From the NCBI GenBank assembly GCA_040954595.2, contig CM082581.2, positions 6,502,699-6,566,698 on the forward strand: a stretch of DNA of 64,000 bases. The letters run 5' to 3'. The stretch's first letter is position 1, and the number at the start of each line of letters is the position of its first letter. The position numbers were made by a program, and so were the translations under genes. The notes under the pieces are model-generated. The model saw only the letters and a program-made list of their open reading frames with translations. It made no database searches and was not told where the DNA came from. This stretch comes from Balanoglossus misakiensis. Taxonomy: Eukaryota > Animalia > Hemichordata. Shown piece after piece: positions 39,001-48,500 of this stretch.

Positions 39001-39871
39001 GAAAAACGCAAGAAATTTTGTCTGTGATCCACATGTAAACAAGCTGTGCAGTTTTCTCTCTGAACTGCAAATGCAGCAGAAAACGGGCTTCAGAGAATTA
39101 TCTCTGGAATGCGAGCCCTATCTCTGTCTTCAAGAGAGACTCCACAACCTATTTTAATGCTTTGTAACATGAGCCATGAGTTACGCATGATAGCGTGCGT
39201 CACAGCCCCTGCATTAAGACACTTACCAGTCTAACGATATCTCTCCTCGCATCCTTCTTCAGTTGGTCGACTTCCAGGAGATGTTTTTCGTGCCTCCATT
39301 TCACTTCGGTCGTTCTCTTCCTCTCGGCTTCCTTCGCATCATTGACCAGTGTTTCCAGATTTTTCCTTCCTTCCTTGAGATCGTTAATCTCCTGCAGCAA
39401 ACGAGTCCTCTCAGAGTCGAATTTCTTCTTGGTCTCCTCCTGGGCGTCGGCAGCGATTTTATTCTTCATCTTCATCAGAAATTCCTCCTTCGTCTTGAGA
39501 AGTTCCGTTTGCATCTTCCCCAAGGCATCCTCTTTCTGTCTGACCATCTTCTTGATCTCGTTCTCAAACTGTCTCGTCAACGCCTCTTTCTGAGCGAGCA
39601 GCTCGTTGATTTTCTCCTGGTGGCATTTCTTCTTCAGCTCCGTGATGGCACCGATGGCTCTCTGTTGCTCCTGGTCGCGAACACTCCTCACATCCATCAC
39701 TCTGTCCCTCTTGAGCTTCCGGGACTTATTTTTCTCTTGTTCCAGGTCTGATTTCAGTTTCGCGATGTGTTTTCTCATTCCATCATTAGTCTTCTTCAAA
39801 CCCTGTATCGTTGCATCCGGTGATGTGGCCAAAAGTCGGCTGGCAGGCGCACTCTCTACTCTAGCAGCCAT
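1..39871 (-). CDS. JAKMIP: JAKMIP (Janus kinase and microtubule-interacting protein / Marlin-1) family giant coiled-coil protein; multi-exon gene span, 3' end lies beyond the left edge of the window
   Basis: Coding exons (minus strand): 39871-39227, 24291-24076, 21889-21767, 21019-20882, 20508-20329, 19935-19630, 19458-19312, 18566-18354, 17877-17821, 15857-15804, 13431-13357, 13009-12863, 12731-12522, 9183-9064, 8648-8574, 6449-921, 646-293, 97-<1. All are GT-AG, phase 0 and open. Peptides follow vertebrate JAKMIP1-3 colinearly, e.g. FDSERTRLLQEINDLK, RRDIVRLVDELK, YQQLSKEYLQLKKAYAQLQAMIGG, QAKIEDL..GKDSGWVEEKQ, KDQNELLEFRILELEER. Confidence 0.9.
293..646 (-). CDS. JAKMIP: Coiled-coil exon downstream of the giant exon (SAQSAELEQELTV...LREKDE)
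   Basis: 354 nt, cag/gtgtgt, open, phase 0. Confidence 0.85.
921..6449 (-). CDS. JAKMIP: Giant 5,529-nt exon (1,843 codons) encoding Glu/Lys/Leu-rich coiled coil
   Basis: Corresponds to ORF 891..6437. Acceptor tttatttcag at 6450 is in frame (KIAK-MEQTEL); GTGAGT donor at 920 follows LLENK; phase 0 at both ends. Confidence 0.9.
8574..8648 (-). CDS. JAKMIP: JAKMIP exon (LKNVMTLEELEYLKSKVEQIKAAEL)
   Basis: 75 nt, cag/gtgagt. Confidence 0.82.
8881..8917. repeat. (ATCA)n microsatellite
   Basis: Direct reading. Confidence 0.9.
9064..9183 (-). CDS. JAKMIP: JAKMIP exon (KVTALEKENSKLQEKLDRLL...TKKIE)
   Basis: 120 nt, cag/gtaaat, open coiled-coil frame. Confidence 0.83.
11160..11174 (-). CDS. Candidate 15-nt microexon (PETPQ)
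   Basis: Minus strand reads gctaac...ttttttcctttgcatgcag|CCCGAAACACCACAG|gtgaaa; frame-preserving. Confidence 0.6.
12522..12731 (-). CDS. JAKMIP: JAKMIP exon (RVDELEDIINK...EVKQEKE)
   Basis: 210 nt, cag/gtaggt, open, phase 0. Confidence 0.83.
12863..13009 (-). CDS. JAKMIP: JAKMIP exon (KLKKMTATEVSLKRKNLDLEHEKD...EESNK)
   Basis: 147 nt, cag/gtgagt; resembles WLKQIEGTEAALTQKMLDLEKEKD. Confidence 0.88.
13357..13431 (-). CDS. JAKMIP: JAKMIP exon (DEDKLSVEDKKTLVRARAMLDIADL)
   Basis: 75 nt, cag/gtaagt; resembles NLRNEEQVAIIQAGTVLALCEK. Confidence 0.82.
13780..13803 (-). CDS. Candidate alternative first coding exon of JAKMIP (MLRRMDVV)
   Basis: aaaATG...GTG|gtaagg, phase 0, compatible with the next exon 13431; consensus X-box at 14636-14649 upstream. 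Confidence 0.45.
14636..14649. promoter_or_regulatory. RFX X-box GTTGCTATGGTAAC
   Basis: Matches the palindromic X-box consensus. Confidence 0.55.
15804..15857 (-). CDS. JAKMIP: JAKMIP exon (GMSVADIKKKLEKMGSVE)
   Basis: 54 nt, cag/gtaagt; resembles DVNVSELMKKLDILGDNG. Confidence 0.82.
17821..17877 (-). CDS. JAKMIP: JAKMIP exon (VTESDGNALQIAVTEEGFT)
   Basis: 57 nt, cag/gtaaga; resembles SSALQLFCHQEGVK. Confidence 0.8.
18354..18566 (-). CDS. JAKMIP: JAKMIP exon (IKEEEENVEKVKFDLRDSKDQNELLEFRILELEER...PEIE)
   Basis: 213 nt, aag/gtatgt; JAKMIP signature DQNELLEFRILELEER. Confidence 0.93.
19312..19458 (-). CDS. JAKMIP: JAKMIP exon (LRQQLELDLLDSQAKIEDL...RRLQEK)
   Basis: 147 nt, cag/gtgagt; matches [36 protein letters not shown]. 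Confidence 0.92.
19630..19935 (-). CDS. JAKMIP: JAKMIP exon (ERDRRLDL...GGSVDIQRECK)
   Basis: 306 nt, cag/gtaaag; conserved JAKMIP central segment. Confidence 0.9.
20329..20508 (-). CDS. JAKMIP: JAKMIP exon (RGSKIPIRRQD...ELKQQII)
   Basis: 180 nt, cag/gtgagt; contains an SKIP (SxIP) tetrapeptide in a basic/Ser-rich context. Confidence 0.85.
20882..21019 (-). CDS. JAKMIP: JAKMIP exon (ESKAKSFNSEF...LLNEDNNKL)
   Basis: 138 nt, tag/gtaagt, open heptad-pattern frame. Confidence 0.85.
21767..21889 (-). CDS. JAKMIP: JAKMIP exon (DSQALEDFERERFHRKLAELIAFIRRLEAVNETLIKDKAVL)
   Basis: 123 nt, cag/gtatgt; matches JAKMIP RRFQLKIAELNSVIRKLEDRN. Confidence 0.88.
23363..23449 (-). CDS. Candidate alternative cassette exon of JAKMIP (ELLSSQVSAVTPQFTVITRTYLSPVPSLP)
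   Basis: Pyrimidine tract plus AG, strong gtaagtg donor, 87 nt open in phase 0; no recognised homology. Confidence 0.5.
24076..24291 (-). CDS. JAKMIP: JAKMIP exon (VDELKKKNKLISDLHREIGQQCGQSQKL...GRLSP)
   Basis: cag acceptor, gtaagt donor, 216 nt; follows a ~14.9-kb intron; aligns to JAKMIP MDEIKGKDRVILALEKELGVQAGQTQKL. Confidence 0.88.
26534..26547. promoter_or_regulatory. RFX X-box GTTTCCACGGCAAC
   Basis: Consensus-like; others nearby at 26877-26890 and 27286-27298. Confidence 0.45.
27286..27298. promoter_or_regulatory. RFX X-box GTTGCCAGGCAAC
   Basis: 13-nt X-box with perfect half-sites. Confidence 0.5.
29001..29147 (-). CDS. Candidate alternative first coding exon of JAKMIP (MFVSNRPNGQ...NVDWTRA)
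   Basis: ATG-initiated 49 codons ending exactly at a phase-0 gtaagg donor, in a locally GC/CpG-richer patch; X-box ~550 bp upstream. Confidence 0.45.
29698..29710. promoter_or_regulatory. RFX X-box GTTGCTAGGCAAC
   Basis: 13-nt X-box upstream of candidate alternative first exon 29147. Confidence 0.5.
32501..32525. repeat. (ATGG)n microsatellite
   Basis: Direct reading. Confidence 0.85.
39227..39871 (-). CDS. JAKMIP: JAKMIP first coding exon (215 codons, N-terminal coiled coil)
   Basis: MAARVESAP...DARRDIVRL, then GTAAGT donor at 39226. Acceptor ttcttcacag at 40047 implies 5'UTR 40046-39872. Resembles the JAKMIP N-terminus (QEKNKSRKLKRD, QEQQRAIGAITELK). Confidence 0.9.
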
Positions 39872-40924
39872 ATTTCTGTTGTTTTGTATATATATATAAT
39901 CCTTTAGATATCTTAGTTGAAATTTAGAGAGAAAAAAAAATATATATATATAAATAAGGGGAGTTCTTTTGAGTCTTATAGTTAAACACTCTTCTCTTTT
40001 TTCTTCTGGCAGTGTTCTGGAGTTTAGGCCTTCTTTCTCACTCACCCTGTGAAGAAAACAACAGAAATGTCAAAATGTATAAGTTGTATACCCTGTCACG
40101 ACCAATCATATTATGACAACAAACTAAAATTTATAACTCAATAATTCTCAAAACTTCATAAAAATATTTTATACCAATACCTTTAATGATAGATGCAGAC
40201 CTATCTACATGCAGGATTATACATCAAATTGTTTTAATACTAAAGTTTTACTGACAGTATGCTATATATGATCATTAAACATAATATATTAAATACAAGA
40301 TTTCTAAACTGGGTCAATACATGGACATTTGAAACTTTGGGAATTCTCAAAAGTCCAACTTTCCAAAATAATTACTAAAATACTTGTATTTACACACCAT
40401 AACATTCATGTTATGGTGTGTGCTAATCTAGTCAACATTTACTCAACATATATATAGTACACAGTATCAATAAAGGCTTTCAGTTTATCAACAGACTTGT
40501 TTCAAAATAATACCTTTTGCTCTGACCTGTACTTTTAATATACAGTATATATACCCTGATTTTGACTTAAAATTTCTTCCTCGCCCAGCTCACGGCCTCA
40601 AAATGGCAACTGTTTATTGGAACACAAGCATGCATTGATTGGTATTTGGGACAGAATTGGTCTCCATAAACACGCAGCTATGAGGCGCTAAACGTCCAAG
40701 CCCATGAGGTATGTGCCGTATAGGGCATTCCATGCTGGTCATATAATGCCATACTAAAACAGTTCAGTATATTTTTCATGACATACTAGAACATTTAGTA
40801 GCAGTCTAGTTTCTATGCAAACCCCGACTTTCTGATTGCGTATCTAGTGGTCTGTCTGTCCGTCTGTCTGCTGTATGATATGACATGTATTTTGTGTGTA
40901 AGATTTCATACTGTCTAAAGAATA

Positions 40925-41074
40925 CCGTAAAACGGGAAATTTTCGCGAGTGATAAATTTCCACAAACTATATGCGAGAGCCAAAAATACGAGAACGTGAA
41001 GATTAGTCGTCGCGTAACAGTTGCCACTTTTTATATCGCGAAAATTTCCGTCACGAAAATTTCCCGTTTTACAG
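40925..41074. mobile_element. 150-bp MITE, Tc1/mariner-pogo-like (TA target duplication)
   Basis: TIRs ccgtaaaacgggaaattttcg / cgaaaatttcccgttttacag (1 mismatch), flanked by TA at 40923-40924 and 41075-41076. Confidence 0.85.
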
Positions 41075-41492
41075 TATTCTGTTTCCGTATTGTTTGATAT
41101 AAATTAGTAGAGCTAGTGGACATAGGTTTCAATATCTGACAATGCGAGGTTCCCCTTTTAACAGCAGACATACCCTAGCAAACCTCTTTCTGTGACTAAT
41201 AAGTTTTATTTCATTCCATCATAAGACTCGTACATTCCAATGGAGACAGAATTCCAAGTCAATGATTTTATTTTTTTTCTCCAAAACAAATGTTTTAAAA
41301 GTAGCTCGACATTTAACAGTGCACCAGCCATGACCACAAGGTAGTCCTTTTTCATGGATGGATGTTCTTTCCCCAGATCTAGAAGGGTGCAGTTATACTT
41401 CAACGAAATGGCCAACGGCAACGAGAAAGCAGTGAAGCATGAAGTGATCTTCACACATGAAATCCTGTGTTGACATCAAATACAATACAGAT

Positions 41493-41640
41493 AAAAATGC
41501 AATAACTATTATCATTATTATTTATAATTAATTAATTATTAATTAATTAATTAATTAATTATTAATTAATTAATTAAAAACAATAATGATAATAAAAATT
41601 GTATTTTTTGCAAAAATGCAATAACTATTATCATTATTAT

Positions 41641-41641
<1 letters not shown>
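41493..41641. repeat. Local 30-bp direct duplication (aaaaatgcaataactattatcattattatt) around an (ATTA)n tract
   Basis: Copies at 41493-41522 and 41612-41641. Confidence 0.85.
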
Positions 41642-41761
<120 letters not shown>

Positions 41762-42441
41762 ATGCTCAAACTTCAAAGGTTATCAGAAATGATTCTTGGT
41801 ATCTTCACGTTCTGCCAAATGAGTGACACATCCGATGCTCATTATACACGGTCCTGGCCAGTCATTCAGCATTGGTATTTAATTGGCTAAAATGCATTAA
41901 TTTGACGAGTCTAGTCTCTTGTTAATTGGGTTAGTTCTGTTGTTGAAAAATCTTTTACAGGCCGTCGGTACGTGTCGGTAGACACGACACATTCCTCAGC
42001 ACACATCAGTGACAGTCAATGGAAGGGCAATATTTTGTAACGGAGACGGTGAGAAAAGATCTAGACTGAGCGTTCTTGGCAACCGTTGCCAAAAATGACA
42101 GGTTCTACAGCGTGCATAGCAACGGGGTGAAAGGTACTGGTCGCGTCGAACCCTGCGTAAAACACACAGATTTGTGTTTTCAAAAGGTGACCACCGAAAT
42201 AAAACACGTTTGGATTATCTGAGAATAAATAAATAAATAACAGAACAGAACAGAACTTGTTCGGCCGAGTCCGTAAATGATATATGCCCTCGAACTGAGT
42301 GGCTGAACCCAAGGAAAACAGTGACTCGGAGTGATACCTTAAAATTGTAATGACTTTGTAGCCTACAAACTGTACTCCATTAACCAGTCCGTGTCAGTCA
42401 CCACGAAAAATTCTCTGAAAATCACAGATATATGCATTTAC

Positions 42442-42500
42442 CTTGCAGCAGCGTACGTCTATGATGTTTCCTCCATGGCTGGGTGAGCAGCTTCTGAAGT
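42442..42500 (-). other. Possible non-coding first exon of JAKMIP with a short uORF (MEETS*)
   Basis: AAG|gtaaat donor at 42441 in a CpG-richer region; ATGGAGGAAACATCATAG lies just upstream; 5' boundary unknown. Confidence 0.3.
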
Positions 42501-43924
42501 ATTGACCTTACAACACAGCTACTAATCAGGGGAATTCCCTCCGCCGTGATAATGTAGTTCCAACATATTGACAATATCTGAACCTACACAGATAAAAACG
42601 GAGTCTTTCGCGCGCAAATTAAATATTAAATCTTTTCTGGAGAAAATCATACACTTTAACATGTTAAACACCTTATATTTCACATTGGGTGCGGATGAAT
42701 TTATAACAATTAAACCGCAACACAAGGGGCGCATTGTTTGAAATGTGAGCTACTACTAATACTTCAATGCTACAAGGGATAATGACCGAAGCTGTTCAGC
42801 GTTAGTCATATTTTGATATCTTGACACTGATTAAACAAGCTGAGATGCCAAGAATGCGATGCCAAGGAACAAACTGGTAGTTGGCTAGTCATAAAACAGC
42901 AGAGAGAAAAAATCCACTGAGTGTCCATGAAAGAAATGTCAAAATTGTCTAACCATAGTACGTTCTTGGACGCGTGACCAATACAGAAAAATTCACTGGC
43001 GCGGTGTGTATAAAAGCTTATGTACACGGAACAGAAGCGAGATATTGGCAGCAAGCCAGTAAATGCGATCATTGCAACAAACACGGCAGTAGTTCGATGC
43101 TAGCCAGTTTCAACCATCGATATTATAATTAACGAATGAAATACAACGGATCTTACAAAGCATGATCTTTTTTCTTTTAATTCCCGTCGAGTTTTTGTCC
43201 AAGACGTTTTCTAAAATATCGATGTAAATATTCTTTGAACGAATTTAGCATGTTTTTCTGTTTTACATGAAAAATGACGCTAGAAGACTTATTTGAACAC
43301 TTTAATATTTGAAAGAGCGTATAAAATATCTGTTCGTGTAAGGTCAATCATGGCGGAGGTACAGTTTGAATTGCGGTATTCCCCGGGGTTCTGTCCTTGG
43401 ACCCATTCAGGCCCTGTAAACCCGGAGGACCCATGTGAAGGACAGGCGCGATTTGAATGGTTATGTTCTCCATGACAAAATAAAACCATGCTTCATTGTA
43501 TGAGTGAATCTGGGAATGGATGAGAATTGAAGTGTTTGAGCTTTATAATTATGAAAAGTCGGACTTTCCTCCGGTTTCATTATTTGGGAGAGGTGGTAAT
43601 CCTGTCCACGTGTGTCCCTCCTTATAATTTGCACATAAAGTCGTTCGCATGCAGTTTGTAAATCTTGATATCATACCATAGTGGATGTGGTCACTACCGT
43701 GTATACCCAGCCCCAGCCATAGTTTTCTACCACCCTTGCTCTTAACTTAAAACATTGGCTAGGTCAGGGTCAGTTACTAACAATGTCAGATGTAAAATCG
43801 TCTTTACACAAACGTATATACCGGTAATATGTCGAAAAATCAAGCTTACATATTTTGGAGGATGGGAAAATTTAATTCACAACATTCTTTGAGTACATAA
43901 CTGTATCATCCCGTGAAGACTACT

Positions 43925-43938
43925 GTAACCATGGTTAC
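43925..43938. promoter_or_regulatory. X-box-like palindrome GTAACCATGGTTAC between JAKMIP and BNIP3
   Basis: Perfect 14-nt palindrome with an X-box core. Confidence 0.4.
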
Positions 43939-44999
43939 ACCGTCCCTGAATTATGAAGCGCATAAAAAGTACCCACACTCCAGATCTCCACAGAACATCT
44001 TGTTCATGTCGCCAGGACGTAAAGTGAACAAACTAGGCCATCATAAGTTGGTAGACAAAATATCATTTATATCAGAGACTTTAAATGACTGCAAAACTTT
44101 TCATTTAAATATAAACTGAACTAGTATCTTCCCTATATCATTTATTCTGGCTCCATAACCTCTAAAACATGATAATCTCTTTGCAATGCAGACTTCGTCA
44201 GTGATTTAGAACAATACTGAGAAACATGCATGCCCTCTTGGATTAAAAGTAAATTTACTTTACATTAAATTATTGGCGACAATTTTTTGTTTAAAAGAAC
44301 TGGTGTAGAAAGGATAACATTAATCTAGTCTCGGTGGTGGTGATCTGACATCATGGATAAAGGACTTTTCCCCGCCCGAGTCGAGTCGGCTGATGACCTG
44401 AGCTGCAGTAGGAGCAGTTTGGATTACCGCCCTCTACAATACACTCTTTCAGTGATCTTTGTTTTTATAGTCCAGTTCTCATTTGTGCCGATTGGTGGCA
44501 GCATGACGTACAACTATATAACACTGGCAATAACGCATACCGCTTTACCTTTAGGATAGCACAAGTACAAACTGTACTGTTCCCAATAAAATCCCAAAAC
44601 GTTTAGTGCATAAAAAGTTTCGCTTCAAGTTTTATTTGTTGGGTTGTTGACTCTCGAGAGTCTGTCAGGACCTGCAGGGCAATATAATTTGTACAGATGA
44701 GATTTGTGCTTGAAATAGTACTTTTGCCTAGGTCTGCAAACGCAAGCGATTACCACAAGAAGCCTTTCTTTTGACAACGTTTTGGTTGTGCTTTTTAATG
44801 TGATAAGGCTGATCTTACGCACTGTATTGTTGCTTTTTATTCTCTGATGATACAATTTCGGTTTTGCACTTTTAAATAATTAAACTACTCACATGTTACA
44901 ACTTACAGATATTGTCTTTGTATCTAGTGGTTGGTTCATAAATTTCGATGGACTCGTAACTTTAACTCTCGAACCCGACAACCGAATTTAATTGGCAGA

Positions 45000-45516
45000 A
45001 AGTTTGAAACTGTTTACACGTTGCTAGGTGCTACCCATGTCCGGTTATGTCCCGTTTCTTGGTAAGAAATTAACATTTGTTTATTTTCGTTTGTACCTTT
45101 TGTCATACGTCATAAAATGTGTCTCTCTGACTTTTAATGGGTAAATAGAATGCAGTTATCGGTGACTCAGTGAAAGGTGATGTAAAGTGAGACAATGCGT
45201 GCGACATTTATACTTTTGGGAATCTTGCCAGGTTGCGAAAAGAGCATGACGCCATCAACGTGACTCCATCTCGAACCATTCGAGGTCATGTTGATTTCAC
45301 ATGCACGAGGACAATCAGATGATGTCCGGGCTGTGCTGTGATTGGCCAGGAAATGAATAGATTACGGAAATATAAATGTTAATGAGGTACTGTTGACGTC
45401 GCCATTTTTTGTAGACTGCGGAACAATAACAAACTACGTGCGGTGAGGAACGCAGCGCTACCAGATTGAGATCTGCCTAGATTTTAAACGAAAATAGAAG
45501 CTTTAGACGAGGAGCT
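45000..45516 (+). promoter_or_regulatory. BNIP3 promoter/5'UTR region with HRE, FoxO, CCAAT and YY1-like motifs
   Basis: TACGTG 45435-45440; TGTTTAC 45011-45017; ATTGG 45341-45345; CGCCATTTT at ~45400; CpG-richer than the flanks. Confidence 0.5.
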
Positions 45517-45559
45517 ATGGATAATCAACCAGGAACCGAACACGAAGACCCTCTGAATG
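45517..45559 (+). CDS. BNIP3: BNIP3 exon 1 ([14 protein letters not shown])
   Basis: gctATGG start; G|gtaagt phase-1 donor fits exon 2. Confidence 0.85.
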
Positions 45560-48500
45560 GTAAGTACTAAGTACAGTTTAGCGTGATCGTTGTCCAGAGA
45601 CTTTTCTATGAATGACCAATCGCCTGGGCAATATGCGATGATCGGGGTTTGGTGCACTGCACTGTGGTGTTGACGTTGGTACTTTTGCATTGTCGGCTTA
45701 GCTGGGTTTTCATTGAATAAATTATGACGCACTCTGGAAAATAGGTCACCTAAATATTTAATTCATCGTACAGTATCTAAGTCCTAGGAGAAGGGCGTTT
45801 TCTTGACCTGTGTGCAATATACATATACATTAATTTCAAAACATATGATCTGCGTTTCCACCACGGTGATGCGTCACTTCGCTTTGGCAACTGTGTACAT
45901 GTACCACGGCATCAGTCGTTTGCAATGTCAAATAATTTCACTGTTCATTGCGTTTCACTGTTTGGCGAAAAGGGATTGGATTGGTGGTGGACCGGGGAAC
46001 TAATGGCCGGCTTCAAACCTTTACATATGGACGCGATGGGCGTTGCCACGCCTTAGAATTGTGCCTCCTGGCCACAGATGAGATATTTGGGACACCGCTA
46101 GATTGTTCTTTGAAGTCGGACAGTTATGTAAACAAACCCCGACTTCCACGTACAGAGCACATTTGTCACATCCTTTGATACAAAGTGTCATTTATCCCAC
46201 CCCTTTTAACAGAAATTTAAATAGTGACACTTTAAGTGTGATATTTAAATGTTTATTGTTTCTGAACATTGTATGCTAATTTGTTGTCATATTAGTATAC
46301 ATTTGATCAGGCATTGCCATCTGCCTATTTTTTAAATCACTGGAGGGGGATCTAAAACTCACACATTTCTGGCTATGAACTACAGTTCATGGGCATAAGA
46401 TTGTCCTTACTGTGAGGACCAAGCAAGTACCTCTAATTTTGTTTGTTTGTTTTAAAACATGTTTGAATAGTAAGTATCGTCTGAGGTGTCATACAATGTT
46501 TATTTATAATTCACTTCCTTAAACTGGAGTGAAGACTTTTTCCCACGGTGAAATGGACCTGAATATTGACATTATTCAAAGAAGCAAATTATTTTAACTG
46601 CTGCAGATATGTTAATTAACAAATACAGATGTATCACAGTTACCATGGCATGGTAATCACTAGTTTATACTCAGGCTAATATAGCAAAGACATAACAATG
46701 TGTGTGTAAAAAATATCTGTATATATCACAAGAATTATTGCATCAGCTTTGCTGTAAGTGTCTTCAACCTACTTGCGTTTGTTGCATTTTTATGTCCCAG
46801 ATACATAACTTCTGTTCAATGTCAGTTGAGTCACAGAGGTCATTGCACTGTTTGAGAACCAAGATGCATGTTAAGGATGTACATATATTAAACGACATAT
46901 TTTTTTTTAAATGGATGAGAAACATCGGGTCAAGTTTATACTTTTCTTTAGGAATCGTAATAATATTTCCATAGAAACATATTTTTGGGTGCATTATTTA
47001 TGTTAAGTTTGAAAAATATGCTTGACAATGCCAGAAAACAAATAAAGCACAATCCCAGAAAACAAATACCGTTTTATCAACCCTCCAAAGTAGGCAAACC
47101 TTGGCAAGAGACAAGAGTCAAATATTGATATCTGCACATGTGGCTTTGTCGTCATAGAAACAGATGAATCATAACTCTAGCGCCTTGTCTTTTGGCCCTC
47201 GAAGCAGTCATCCTGACACGTGAAAACCTCAAGAAAAGAGAGAAATTTAAAAGCCAACATGCTTTTTGCACAGATTGATTTTACATCTCCCAATCCTGGC
47301 GTGCAACAAAGGGTAATATTGATTGGCTCCGGAAGAAGGGGGTCATCAGAGACTTCTGCGTCATTTCTTTGATAAGGAAATGTTGATTCTCAATGAGGCT
47401 TCTTCCCCACAACAAGGGAATCGACTGCCTTGTTACGTAATATCTTTATAAACAAAGCACCAAAGAGTTACAAGGGGATCCTCACAGCATGCTTACCTGT
47501 AGCTATACATGCATGCGTAACCAGCTCAAAGTCAGTCATTAAAATGTGAAGTTGATAATCGTCATATTCAAGTCATTTTTCACAATTATGGATTTGATGA
47601 CTGCAATAACTGTTGCTCAGTCTCTCTGGTAGATTGTTGTCACCACTGGCGACACTATAACAGAGCTACAATAGAATAGAGAAGGCAATTTTCCATCTTC
47701 TGCGCAAATGAATTTAATAAATATTTTTATTTACATATGAAAAAACTCACTGCTGGTATAATTACTCTGCAATATGGATATCAAAGGGAGTCAGACAACA
47801 ATTCTGTCTGTGTCAACCACAATACATGTATTGTCATTGATACATTTTTTGACCCAGACAATGATGAGGGGTGGCTGTTTTCATCCTTGAGCTGATTGAT
47901 GAGATAATTACTGAAAGCTCATTGTTATCGGGAAATCTTTTGTATGAACGCTGCAAAAAATAGAGTGGTAATTCACAGGTCTCTGTCGGTGTCTGCTTGT
48001 GTATTGGTGCGTCTAGTACATGACATATACATGTATCAGAAATAAATATCACGCCACCCATGCATATATGCATACTGAAATACGTACAAGCACGTCAATA
48101 ACTTAATAGGAATTAAACTTAGTTTCTGTTCCATGGTTATTACGGTTAGAAATGGTATGGAAAATAGTGGCTGGTGTCAAAGGCCAATGAAAATGTGTTT
48201 GTATTTAAAACTGAATGCTCAAACCGTCTGATGCAATCTCTTCTTCTTCCCCTATCTTGACCTTCTGAGATTTGATGAATAACGGGCAACTGCTGTGAGT
48301 GGCCTGTATGCTGGAGGGAAGTGGTCGTTGGAAAACATTGCAGATTAGTTCAAGAGAATGCAGTTCTGATGAAATGCTGCCTTGACAGCTGATGTGATTG
48401 AATATACCAGATGTATGTGAAAAAAATGAGAAACTGAAAAAGAAATGCACACAGCTGCAAGAATTTAATGACAGCAGTTGGTCTTAACGTTAAGAATTTT

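Noticed and set aside
39872-40045. N-terminal extension of the 281-aa ORF (GTG start, IYIYIFFF)
   Set aside because: Translates AT microsatellite-like 5'UTR; the first real ATG is at 39871.
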